The notes under the pieces were generated by a model. It worked only from the letters and a program-made list of their open reading frames with translations. It did not search any database and was not told the origin of the DNA. The position numbers and the translations under genes were made by a program. Positions 21,588-28,960 of a DNA stretch of 64,000 nucleotides are shown here, piece by piece; positions within the stretch are counted from its first letter, which is position 1, and every line of letters starts with the position of its first letter. The stretch lies in contig DATMZR010000031.1 of NCBI GenBank assembly GCA_035573435.1, forward strand, positions 214,066 through 278,065, written 5' to 3'. This stretch comes from Solirubrobacterales bacterium (lineage in GTDB: Bacteria; Actinomycetota; Thermoleophilia; Solirubrobacterales; 70-9).

Positions 21588-22073
21588 GTGACTACCGATG
21601 GGGCCAACGAGCTGCCGGCCGAGCCGGCCGAGCGCGTCAGGGCGATCCTCGAGCGCGTCGTCGATGCGCTCGAGGTCGATGCGGACGTCGAGGTGGACGA
21701 AGACGCCGAACAGATCGTTGGCCGGGTGGACGGCGAGGACGTCGGACTGTTGATCGGGCGCCGTGGCCAGACGATCGATGCCGTTCAGCTGCTCTGTTAC
21801 CGGGCTGCGTTCCGGGGCCTCCAGGACCGAAAGCGGGTGGTCGTGGATGCCGCCGGCTACCGGGAACGCCGCCGGCTGGCGATCGAGGGGCAGGCTGATC
21901 GCGCCGCCGAGCGGGCGCTGCAGACGGGCAAGGAGATCGAGCTCGAGCCGATGAGCGCGACCGAACGACGGGTCGTCCATCAGCACCTCAAGGATCGTGC
22001 CGGGCTCGAGACCTTCAGCGAGGGCGACGACCCCGAGCGGTGCGTGATCGTCGCGCCGCTGCTCACCGATTGA
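21588..22073 (+). CDS. jag: Jag/KhpB-like RNA-binding protein (KH plus R3H domains)
   Basis: LLIGRRGQTIDAVQLL (KH) and MSATERRVVHQHLKD (R3H). Conserved yidC-jag-rsmG synteny. Confidence 0.8.
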   Translation: MTTDGANELPAEPAERVRAILERVVDALEVDADVEVDEDAEQIVGRVDGEDVGLLIGRRGQTIDAVQLLCYRAAFRGLQDRKRVVVDAAGYRERRRLAIEGQADRAAERALQTGKEIELEPMSATERRVVHQHLKDRAGLETFSEGDDPERCVIVAPLLTD

Positions 22074-22789
22074 GCGCCGAGTCGCGGGCCGCCATCCCGG
22101 TTTCCGGTCAGGCGCGAGCGGCGCTGGAAGCAGTCCTCGAGATGCTCGCCGAGGATCGCTCGGCGCCGAGCGCCGTTCGTGATCCTGAACGTGCCTGGCG
22201 GGTCCACGTGGCCGATTCTCTGACCGGGCTCGAGGTCGAGGCGCTGCGAGCCGCGCGGCGAGTGGCCGACCTCGGCGCGGGCGCGGGGTTTCCCGGCCTG
22301 CCCGTCGCGGTTGCGCGACCCGAGTGCCGGGTCGATCTGATCGAGGCGACCCGGCGCAAGTGCGAGTTCATCCGCCGGGCGATCCAGCGAGCGGGAATCA
22401 AAAATGCCGAGGTCGTCTGCGAGCGCTCCGAGGCCTGGGCGGGCGAGCTGCCCCCCGACGGCGGTCGCGAGGGCTACGACGCCGTCACAGCCCGGGCGGT
22501 CGGGCGCCTCTCGACTCTCGCCGAGTTGGCGTCGCCGCTTCTCGTCCAGGGGGGCGCTCTCGTGGCCTGGAAGGGACGCCGCGACGCGGAAGAGGAGGCG
22601 GAGCTGCGCCGAGCCTCCGCGCGCCTGGCAATGGAGGCGGAGGAGGTGCGATGGGTGGGTCCATACGCAGGCTCGCGAAACCGCCACTTGCACATCCTGC
22701 GGAAGACGGGGCCGACTCCCGGCAATCTCCCGCGGCGCCCCGGGATGGCGAAGAAGCGCCCGCTGGGTGCCATCTCCCCTCGTGGGTAA
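22040..22789 (+). CDS. rsmG: 16S rRNA (guanine527-N7)-methyltransferase RsmG/GidB
   Basis: VADLGAGAGFPGLPVAVARP SAM-binding motif and ARAVGRLSTLAELASPLL. An in-frame TTG at 22070, overlapping the jag stop, is an alternative start. Confidence 0.85.
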   Translation: MRDRRAAAHRLSAESRAAIPVSGQARAALEAVLEMLAEDRSAPSAVRDPERAWRVHVADSLTGLEVEALRAARRVADLGAGAGFPGLPVAVARPECRVDLIEATRRKCEFIRRAIQRAGIKNAEVVCERSEAWAGELPPDGGREGYDAVTARAVGRLSTLAELASPLLVQGGALVAWKGRRDAEEEAELRRASARLAMEAEEVRWVGPYAGSRNRHLHILRKTGPTPGNLPRRPGMAKKRPLGAISPRG

Positions 22790-22801
22790 GGTCGCACCTT
22801 C

Positions 22802-23629
22802 ATGGGTGCCGTGTACGCAATCGCCAATCAGAAGGGTGGGGTCGGCAAGACGACGACCGCCGTCAATCTGGCGGCCTCCGCAGCGGCCGATGGCGCCCAG
22901 GTGCTGATCTGCGATCTCGATGCGCAGTGCAACGCAACCGTCGCCCTCGGGCTTGGTCGCGAGCTTCGCCCCTCCTCCTACGATTGTCTGATCGGTCAGT
23001 GCTCGGTCGCCGAGGCGGCGCAACCCGCGGGGCCCGACAACATGTGGATCGTGCCCGCGAACCGGGACCTCGCGGGCGCCTCGGTCGAGCTGCCGCGGAT
23101 CGATGGGTCTGAGCGCCACCTGCGCCGCATGCTCGGACCCATCAGGGAGCGGTTCGGGATCACCTTGCTCGATTGTCCACCGTCGCTGGGCCCGGTGACA
23201 GTCAACGCGCTGATGGCCGCGGACCGCGTGATCGTGCCGGTGCAGGCCGAGTACCTGGCGCTCGAGGGGCTCGTCCAGTTCCTGGAGACCGTTCGCCTGC
23301 TGCAGCGCGAGCTCAACCCGGGCTTGGTTCTGACCGGCGTCGTGATCACCATGCACGACGAGCGGACGAAGCTCGCCCAGGACGTGGAGCGCCAGCTTCG
23401 CGAGCACTTCCCTGAGCTCATGTTTCGCACGGTGATTCCCCGCAGCGTCCGGGTCGCGGAGGCGCCCAGCTTCGGCGTGCCCGTGCTCGCACATGCGCCC
23501 GCCTCGCGCGGCGCATCCGCGTACCGTGACTTGGCGCTCGAGCTGGCTGAGCGGGAGCGCGCCGAGCAGGTGTCGGTCGAGCACTTCCAGGCTGAGGAGG
23601 CTGAGATGAGGGTCGAGGCGCATGGCTAG
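22802..23629 (+). CDS. parA: Chromosome partitioning ATPase ParA/Soj
   Basis: Deviant Walker A IANQKGGVGKTTTAVNLAA, then DCPPSLG. Confidence 0.9.
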   Translation: MGAVYAIANQKGGVGKTTTAVNLAASAAADGAQVLICDLDAQCNATVALGLGRELRPSSYDCLIGQCSVAEAAQPAGPDNMWIVPANRDLAGASVELPRIDGSERHLRRMLGPIRERFGITLLDCPPSLGPVTVNALMAADRVIVPVQAEYLALEGLVQFLETVRLLQRELNPGLVLTGVVITMHDERTKLAQDVERQLREHFPELMFRTVIPRSVRVAEAPSFGVPVLAHAPASRGASAYRDLALELAERERAEQVSVEHFQAEEAEMRVEAHG

Positions 23630-24467
23630 GCCGGGAATGGGCCGCGGACTGGCGGCGATCCTTCCGGAGGCGGCCGCCGAGCCCGAGCTTCGGCAGTTGC
23701 CCGTCGAGTCGATCCGGCGCAACCCGCAGCAGCCGCGAACACAATTCGGGCCTGATTCGCTCAAGGCGCTGGCCGCCTCGCTCGCCGAGGCCGGCGTGGT
23801 TCAGCCGCTGATCGTGCGCCCGCTGCGGGACGGTCGGTTCGAGCTGATTGCCGGCGAGCGCCGCTGGCGCGCAGCGCGGGAGGCGGGGCTCCAGACCGTG
23901 CCGGCGATTGTGCGCGACGAGGACGAGGCCGAGCGCCTCCAGACGGCCTTGATCGAGAACATGGCCCGGGAGGACCTCAACCCCGTGGACGAGGCGCGCG
24001 CCTGTGCGGCGCTGGTGGAGGAGCTGGGGCTCAGCAAGAAGCAGCTTGCGCGGCGGCTCGGTCGCAGTCGCTCCGCCATCTCGAACCTGATCCGGCTCCT
24101 CGACCTGCCCGACGAGGTGCTCAACCTGCTGGCTGCTGGAGAGCTCAGCGAGGGTCACGGCCGAGCGATCCTCCAGGCCCCGGGCAACGAGGCCCGCCGC
24201 GCGCTCGCCCGCGAGGCGGCAAGGCACGATTGGTCAGTTCGGGAGACCGAGCGCAGGGCGAAGCAGGCCGACGCGCCGAAGGGGTCGAAGACCGCCGGTC
24301 ACCCCGATCAGGACGCCGCCTTGGAGCACGCTGCCGATGCGCTCGAGGCCGCCCTCGGCACCGCCATCCGGGTTCGTCCCGTCCGCCGCGGCATCCGCGT
24401 CGAGCTTCATTTCGATGACCTCGACGAGCTGCTTGCCTTCGCCGATCAGCGGGGCTCTGCCGGCTGA
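23622..24467 (+). CDS. parB: Chromosome partitioning protein ParB/Spo0J
   Basis: RRNPQQPR, ELIAGERRWRAA (ParB box) and an HTH region LGLSKKQLARRLGRSRSAISNLIRLL. Confidence 0.9.
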   Translation: MARPGMGRGLAAILPEAAAEPELRQLPVESIRRNPQQPRTQFGPDSLKALAASLAEAGVVQPLIVRPLRDGRFELIAGERRWRAAREAGLQTVPAIVRDEDEAERLQTALIENMAREDLNPVDEARACAALVEELGLSKKQLARRLGRSRSAISNLIRLLDLPDEVLNLLAAGELSEGHGRAILQAPGNEARRALAREAARHDWSVRETERRAKQADAPKGSKTAGHPDQDAALEHAADALEAALGTAIRVRPVRRGIRVELHFDDLDELLAFADQRGSAG

Positions 24468-24471
24468 GCCC

Positions 24472-25092
24472 TCACGGGGCCAGCCTTTCGAGCTTCCAGC
24501 TGCCGTCCTCCTCGCGCGTATAGAGAAAGCGGTCGTGGAGCCGGGCGGCCTGGCCTTGCCAGAACTCGATCTGCTCGGGCTGCAGCGCGTACCCGCCCCA
24601 GGAGTCCGGGCGGGGCACCGCACCGCCTGAGAACCGATCCTCCGCCTCCTCGACGCGGGCGTCGAGCGCTTCGCGGGTGGGCATCGGCTCACTCTGGGGT
24701 GAGGCCCAAGCGCCGATCTGCGCCTCGCGGGAGCGGCTTGCGAAGTATTCATCCGAGGCTGCCCCCGGAATCAGCTCCACTGAGCCTCGGACTCGCACCT
24801 GGCGGTCCAGCTCGCGCCAGTAGAGGATCAGCGCCGCGTGGGGGTTGGCCTCGAGCTGCCGGGCCTTAGCCGACGCGAGGTTGGTGAAGAAGCGAAAGGC
24901 CTCCGGTCCGAAGCCCTTGAGCAGAACCATGCGCGCATCCGGCGCACCATCCCCGTTCACTGTCGCGAGCGCCATTGCATCCGCCAGGGGAACCTCCCGT
25001 ACGGCCTGCTCGTACCAGGTTCGGAACTGCTCGATCGGATCGTCGTCGAGGGCGGAACGGTGAAGCGGCGGCAGGTCCGGACGGCGCGGCAT
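24472..25092 (-). CDS. pdxH: Pyridoxamine 5'-phosphate oxidase
   Basis: RMVLLKGF...FRFFTNLASAKARQLEANPHAALILYW...RVRG and the C-terminal WGGYALQPEQIEFWQGQAARLHDRF. Confidence 0.9.
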   Translation of the reverse strand: MPRRPDLPPLHRSALDDDPIEQFRTWYEQAVREVPLADAMALATVNGDGAPDARMVLLKGFGPEAFRFFTNLASAKARQLEANPHAALILYWRELDRQVRVRGSVELIPGAASDEYFASRSREAQIGAWASPQSEPMPTREALDARVEEAEDRFSGGAVPRPDSWGGYALQPEQIEFWQGQAARLHDRFLYTREEDGSWKLERLAP

Positions 25093-25129
25093 CGCCGGCC
25101 AGACTAGCGACGGCCCTTGCAGGTATTTC

Positions 25130-25135
25130 TAGAAT
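25130..25135 (+). promoter_or_regulatory. Possible -10 element (TAGAAT) for the tRNA-Ile gene
   Basis: A TAnnnT hexamer 10 nt upstream of the tRNA 5' end. There is no convincing -35 element. Confidence 0.3.
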
Positions 25136-25145
25136 GGGCGGTCGC

Positions 25146-25219
25146 GGGCGATTAGCTCAGTCGGTCAGAGCGCCTCTCTGATAAGGAGGAGGTCCCTGGT
25201 TCGAGTCCAGGATCGCCCA
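25146..25219 (+). tRNA. tRNA-Ile (anticodon GAT)
   Basis: Hand-folded cloverleaf. Acceptor GGGCGAT/ATCGCCC, D stem GCTC/GAGC, anticodon loop CTGATAA, T arm CCTGG-TTCGAGT-CCAGG, discriminator A. 74 nt; CCA is not encoded. Confidence 0.9.
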
Positions 25220-25229
25220 CTTTCTCCGT
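25203..25229 (+). repeat. Direct repeat copy 1 (tRNA-Ile T-loop through 10 nt past the 3' end)
   Basis: GAGTCCAGGATCGCCCACTTTCTCCGT, identical to 25306..25332. Confidence 0.9.
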
Positions 25230-25305
25230 TGGCCGCGCGGGGACTCTCACACCGGTCGCCCTCGAGTCCTGGCCTCTCACAACCGCTCGCCATCCTGGCT
25301 CGCTT

Positions 25306-25332
25306 GAGTCCAGGATCGCCCACTTTCTCCGT
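25306..25332 (+). repeat. Direct repeat copy 2 (orphan tRNA-Ile 3' fragment)
   Basis: Identical 27-mer 103 bp downstream of copy 1. It is preceded by a degenerate T-arm, CCTGG-CTCGCTTGAGT-CCAGG, starting at 25294. Confidence 0.9.
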
Positions 25333-25342
25333 ATGGCGCGGC

Positions 25343-25783
25343 TTACGCTTCGGCCTTGGTTGCAGCCGCGCGCTGCATCGCCTCGAGCGACTGGAGGAGC
25401 CAGCTGCGGAAGTAGCGCTTGCCCGCGACGAAGTCGAAGACCCGGTACTGGAACTTGCTCGGCTCCATGCCGAATCGGGCGTCGACGAAGGTTCCCTCCT
25501 GGGCCTCCGTGAGCAGCCAGTGCACGAAGGTGCCCGTGTTCACACACCGGATGAGTAGCTCCTTGCAGTCCTCCATCCGGTCCACGTGCAGGAGCATGTC
25601 GTCCTGGCCGACCGGGCCCTTGACCACCTCGCGATAGGTGCAGCCTGGCTCGAAGTCGTCGTTACATTCGATCTCGAGCACGCGCGGCCACCACTCCGGG
25701 TGCCGGTCGACGTCCTCCAGCAGGTCCCAGACCACGCCGATCGGCGCCTCGATGTACGCCTGTTGACGAGCCTCGGACATCAA
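25343..25783 (-). CDS. SRPBCC-superfamily (polyketide cyclase/dehydrase-like) protein
   Basis: 146 aa. EAPIGVVWDLLEDVDRHPEWWP is the typical START/Bet v1-like N-terminus. No closer assignment is possible. Confidence 0.65.
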   Translation of the reverse strand: MMSEARQQAYIEAPIGVVWDLLEDVDRHPEWWPRVLEIECNDDFEPGCTYREVVKGPVGQDDMLLHVDRMEDCKELLIRCVNTGTFVHWLLTEAQEGTFVDARFGMEPSKFQYRVFDFVAGKRYFRSWLLQSLEAMQRAAATKAEA

Positions 25784-25873
25784 GTCGATTATGGCTGGTC
25801 CCCCTCGATCCCGCCGGTCAGAACCGCCCGGCGAGCTCGCTGTCGGCGCTCGGTGGCGCTGCCGACCCGCTCG

Positions 25874-25879
25874 TATAAT
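25874..25879 (+). promoter_or_regulatory. Possible -10 element (TATAAT) upstream of the bifunctional-nuclease gene
   Basis: Perfect TATAAT about 35 nt upstream of the ATG at 25915. A GGGAGAAG Shine-Dalgarno-like sequence lies in between. Confidence 0.3.
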
Positions 25880-25914
25880 GGCTCGCAGGCTAGGCCCCCG
25901 CCCGGGAGAAGACC

Positions 25915-26406
25915 TTGCAGCAGATGCAGATTTACGGCGTCAGCTTCGACATGGTCGGCAAGCAGCCGATCGTGCTGTTGAAGACCGTGGATGGGAACCG
26001 GTTTCTGCCGATCTGGATCGGCCACCCCGAGGCCGCGGCGATCCTGATGAAGCTCCAGGGCGCCTCAACCCCGCGACCGATGACCCATGACCTCCTCTCA
26101 GACCTGCTCGAGCAGCTCGATGCGAAGTGCGAGCGGGTGGCCGTCACCGAGCTTCGCGACAACACCTTCTACGCGTCGATCACGGTCTCCATGAACGGCT
26201 CCGAGCTCGAGATCGACTCTCGTCCCTCCGACGCGATCGCCTTGGCGGTGCGGACCCAGGCGCCGATCTTCGCTGCCGACGACGTGATCGACGAGTCGTC
26301 GATCGAGTTCGAGCACGAGGTCGAGGACACCGAGGAGGTGGTCGAGAAGTTCAAGGACTTTCTCGACCAGGTGACGCCCGAAGACTTCGCCAAGGGCGAG
26401 GAGTAG
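25915..26406 (+). CDS. Bifunctional nuclease family protein (DUF151/BFN domain)
   Basis: PIVLLKTVDGNRFLPIWIGHPEAAAILMKLQG...RPMTHDLL...VAVTELRDNTFYA matches the BFN family pattern. Confidence 0.75.
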   Translation: MQQMQIYGVSFDMVGKQPIVLLKTVDGNRFLPIWIGHPEAAAILMKLQGASTPRPMTHDLLSDLLEQLDAKCERVAVTELRDNTFYASITVSMNGSELEIDSRPSDAIALAVRTQAPIFAADDVIDESSIEFEHEVEDTEEVVEKFKDFLDQVTPEDFAKGEE

Positions 26407-26488
26407 AACCACTCCGCCGAAAGCCTCGGCTTCGCCTACGTTTCCGGCGGGCGAGGGCGCAGACCTGACCCGGCAGGCCCAGACGTAG

Positions 26489-27439
26489 CTACCGCGACTT
26501 TGTCGCTAGTTCAGGCCGGGCTACGGCCAGGTCGATGATCCGGCCCACGAGCTGTTCGAAGCCGATGGACGCGGCGTCGGCGGCCATCGGGAAGAGCGAG
26601 GTATCGGTGAGGCCGGGAATCGCGTTGGCTTCCAACACCTGCGGGGTGGAGTCGGCATCGAGCATCAGGTCGACGCGAGCGAAGCCGGTGCAGCCGAGCG
26701 CCTCGTAGGCGCGGCCTGCCACACCCTGCACCTCCACAGTCTCGGCGGCGTCGAGCTCTGCCGGGCAGACGTAGTCGGTGCGGCCAATCTCATAGCGGGC
26801 CTCATAGTTGAATCGGTCCTCCTCCTTGGGGTGCACCTCGACGACCGGCAGCGGCTCGCCGTCAAGGAACGAGACCGCCAGCTCGCGGCCGGGGACGTGC
26901 CGTTCGAGCAGCACCCGGTCGTCGTAGCTGAACGCGGACACGAGCGCCTCGGGTACGTCGTCTTGCGAGGCAGCGAACCGGACTCCGAGCGCCGAGCCTT
27001 GTCCGCCCGGCTTGACCACCAGGGGGAAGCCCAACCTGGCCTCGATCTCCTCCAGCGCATCGCCGGCGCCGTGCTCCCGGAAGGCGGTGGAGTTGAAGGC
27101 GACCCAGTCGGGGGTGGGGATCCCCGCTGCCCGCAGCAGGTGCTTCGCCAGGACCTTGTCCATGCAGCGGATGCACGCAGCCACGCCGGGGCCGGTATAG
27201 GGGATGCCGAGGATCTCGAGCAACTCCTGCGGAGTGCCGTCCTCGCCGCCGGGGCCGTGCAGGGCGATGAACGCGACGTCCGGTTCCTCCTCCTTCAGGC
27301 GTCGGACCAGGTCGGCGCCGACGTCCAGGGGCACGACCTGGTGGCCGAGCGACGCCAGCGCGTCCTCGACGCGCGCCCCCGAGCGCAGGGACACCTGGCG
27401 CTCCAGAGACCTGCCTCCCTTCAGTACGGCGACCTTCAT
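26489..27439 (-). CDS. ddl: D-alanine--D-alanine ligase
   Basis: MKVAVLKGGRSLERQVSLRSG..., FIALHGPGGEDGTPQELLEILGIPYTG, and ATP-grasp motifs GFARVDLM...EANAIPGLT. Confidence 0.9.
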   Translation of the reverse strand: MKVAVLKGGRSLERQVSLRSGARVEDALASLGHQVVPLDVGADLVRRLKEEEPDVAFIALHGPGGEDGTPQELLEILGIPYTGPGVAACIRCMDKVLAKHLLRAAGIPTPDWVAFNSTAFREHGAGDALEEIEARLGFPLVVKPGGQGSALGVRFAASQDDVPEALVSAFSYDDRVLLERHVPGRELAVSFLDGEPLPVVEVHPKEEDRFNYEARYEIGRTDYVCPAELDAAETVEVQGVAGRAYEALGCTGFARVDLMLDADSTPQVLEANAIPGLTDTSLFPMAADAASIGFEQLVGRIIDLAVARPELATKSR

Positions 27440-27447
27440 CGGCCGAG

Positions 27448-28863
27448 CTAGGCGTCCTCGCGCCGCCCGCGCAGAGGGACCACGTCCCCTCCCGGTGGCG
27501 CGGGATCCTCAGGCCCGAGCCGTTCGCCGGATCCGGCCGGCAAGGGATGTTCGCCGGTGATGGTCTGGTACAGCGCCACCTGCTCGCTGACCACCATGCC
27601 GATCCGGCGGATTCCCTCCCGGATCCGATCCTCGTTGAAGCCGGAGAAGTTGAGCCGCATCGAGCTACGCCCCTGCTGACCGTCTACGTAGGCGGCGGCG
27701 CCGGGGACGAAGGCGACGTTCTCGCGCAGGGCCTTGGCGAGCAGATCCGAGGTATCGATGTAGGAGGGGAGGGTCGCCCAGACGAACATGCCACCCTGCG
27801 GGCGGGTCCAGGTGGCCTGCTCGGGAAAGTGCCGCTGGAGCGCTTCGAGCATGGCGTTGCGTCGCGAGCGGTAGATCTCGCACAGGCTGTCGACGTAGGA
27901 GCGCCAGCGATCCTCGGCGAAGTACTCGAGAGCGAAGTACTGGGCCAGGGTGGACGTGCAGAGGTCCGTGGCCTGCTTCCCGAGCGCCATCTTCTCCATC
28001 ACCGGCGGGGGCGCCACCGCCCATCCCAGGCGAATTCCCGGCGAGAGGATCTTCGACAGCGTGCCGATGTAGATCACGTAGTCGCCGCCGTCGAGCAGGT
28101 ACAGGGCCTGCTGAGGCTCCCCCTCGTAGCGCAGCAAGCCGTAGGGGTTGTCCTCGACCACCAACACCTCGCGCTCGCGCGCCAGCTCGACGAGGCGGCG
28201 ACGGCGCTCGGCGGACAGGGTGACCCCCGCAGGGTTCTGGAAGGTCGGCACCGAGTAGATGAACTTCGGTCGGCGCCCGTCCGCCGCGAGGCGGTCGAGC
28301 AGGGCCTCGAGCTGGTCGACTTTCATGCCCGCCTCGTCCATCTCGACCTGGTGGGTCTCCGCTTGGTAGGAGCTGAACACCGGGACCGCGCCGGGATAGG
28401 TCGGCGCCTCGCAGATCACGGGGTCACCGGGATCGACCAGGGTCTTCGTGACCAGGTCGATGGCCTGCTGGCCGCCGGTGGTGACGATCACGTCCTCGGG
28501 GTCGGGCGACATTCCCTCGGCGGCCATCACGCCGCAGATGGCCGACTTCATCGCCTCGAATCCCTCGGTGGGCCCGTACTGGAGCGCCTCAGCCGACGAC
28601 TCCTGGGCGATTCGGGTCATCTGGGCGGCGAAGGTCTCGGGCGGAAACGTCGAGGTGTCGGCCTGTCCGCCGGCGAGGGAGATCACCTCGGGCCGGGCCG
28701 TGATCGCCATCAGGTCGCGCATCGCCGACGATCGCATGACCCTGGTGCGCTGTGCGAACAGCCCCGCATAGCGCTCGAGGTCGTGTGCCGTCTGGTGGGC
28801 CCGACGATGGGCGGGGAGGCGGCGCTGCTCGGGAGGGGTCGGGGAGTCCTGCTGCTCCGGCAT
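27448..28863 (-). CDS. PLP-dependent aminotransferase (class I/II; 2-aminoadipate/LysN-like, no HTH domain)
   Basis: ORF 27448..29040 trimmed to the ATG at 28863. Sequence MRDLMAI...ISLAGG, FIYSVPTFQNPAGVTLS and GTLSKILSPGIRLGW (PLP lysine). Confidence 0.8.
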   Translation of the reverse strand: MPEQQDSPTPPEQRRLPAHRRAHQTAHDLERYAGLFAQRTRVMRSSAMRDLMAITARPEVISLAGGQADTSTFPPETFAAQMTRIAQESSAEALQYGPTEGFEAMKSAICGVMAAEGMSPDPEDVIVTTGGQQAIDLVTKTLVDPGDPVICEAPTYPGAVPVFSSYQAETHQVEMDEAGMKVDQLEALLDRLAADGRRPKFIYSVPTFQNPAGVTLSAERRRRLVELAREREVLVVEDNPYGLLRYEGEPQQALYLLDGGDYVIYIGTLSKILSPGIRLGWAVAPPPVMEKMALGKQATDLCTSTLAQYFALEYFAEDRWRSYVDSLCEIYRSRRNAMLEALQRHFPEQATWTRPQGGMFVWATLPSYIDTSDLLAKALRENVAFVPGAAAYVDGQQGRSSMRLNFSGFNEDRIREGIRRIGMVVSEQVALYQTITGEHPLPAGSGERLGPEDPAPPGGDVVPLRGRREDA

Positions 28864-28960
28864 CGACCAAGTGTGCCGAAGCCACCCGACCCATGCTCGG
28901 CGAGGCCGGCCGAAACGCAGACGCCCCCTAAGGAGCCGCCGCTCGGATAGAGTTGCGAAC

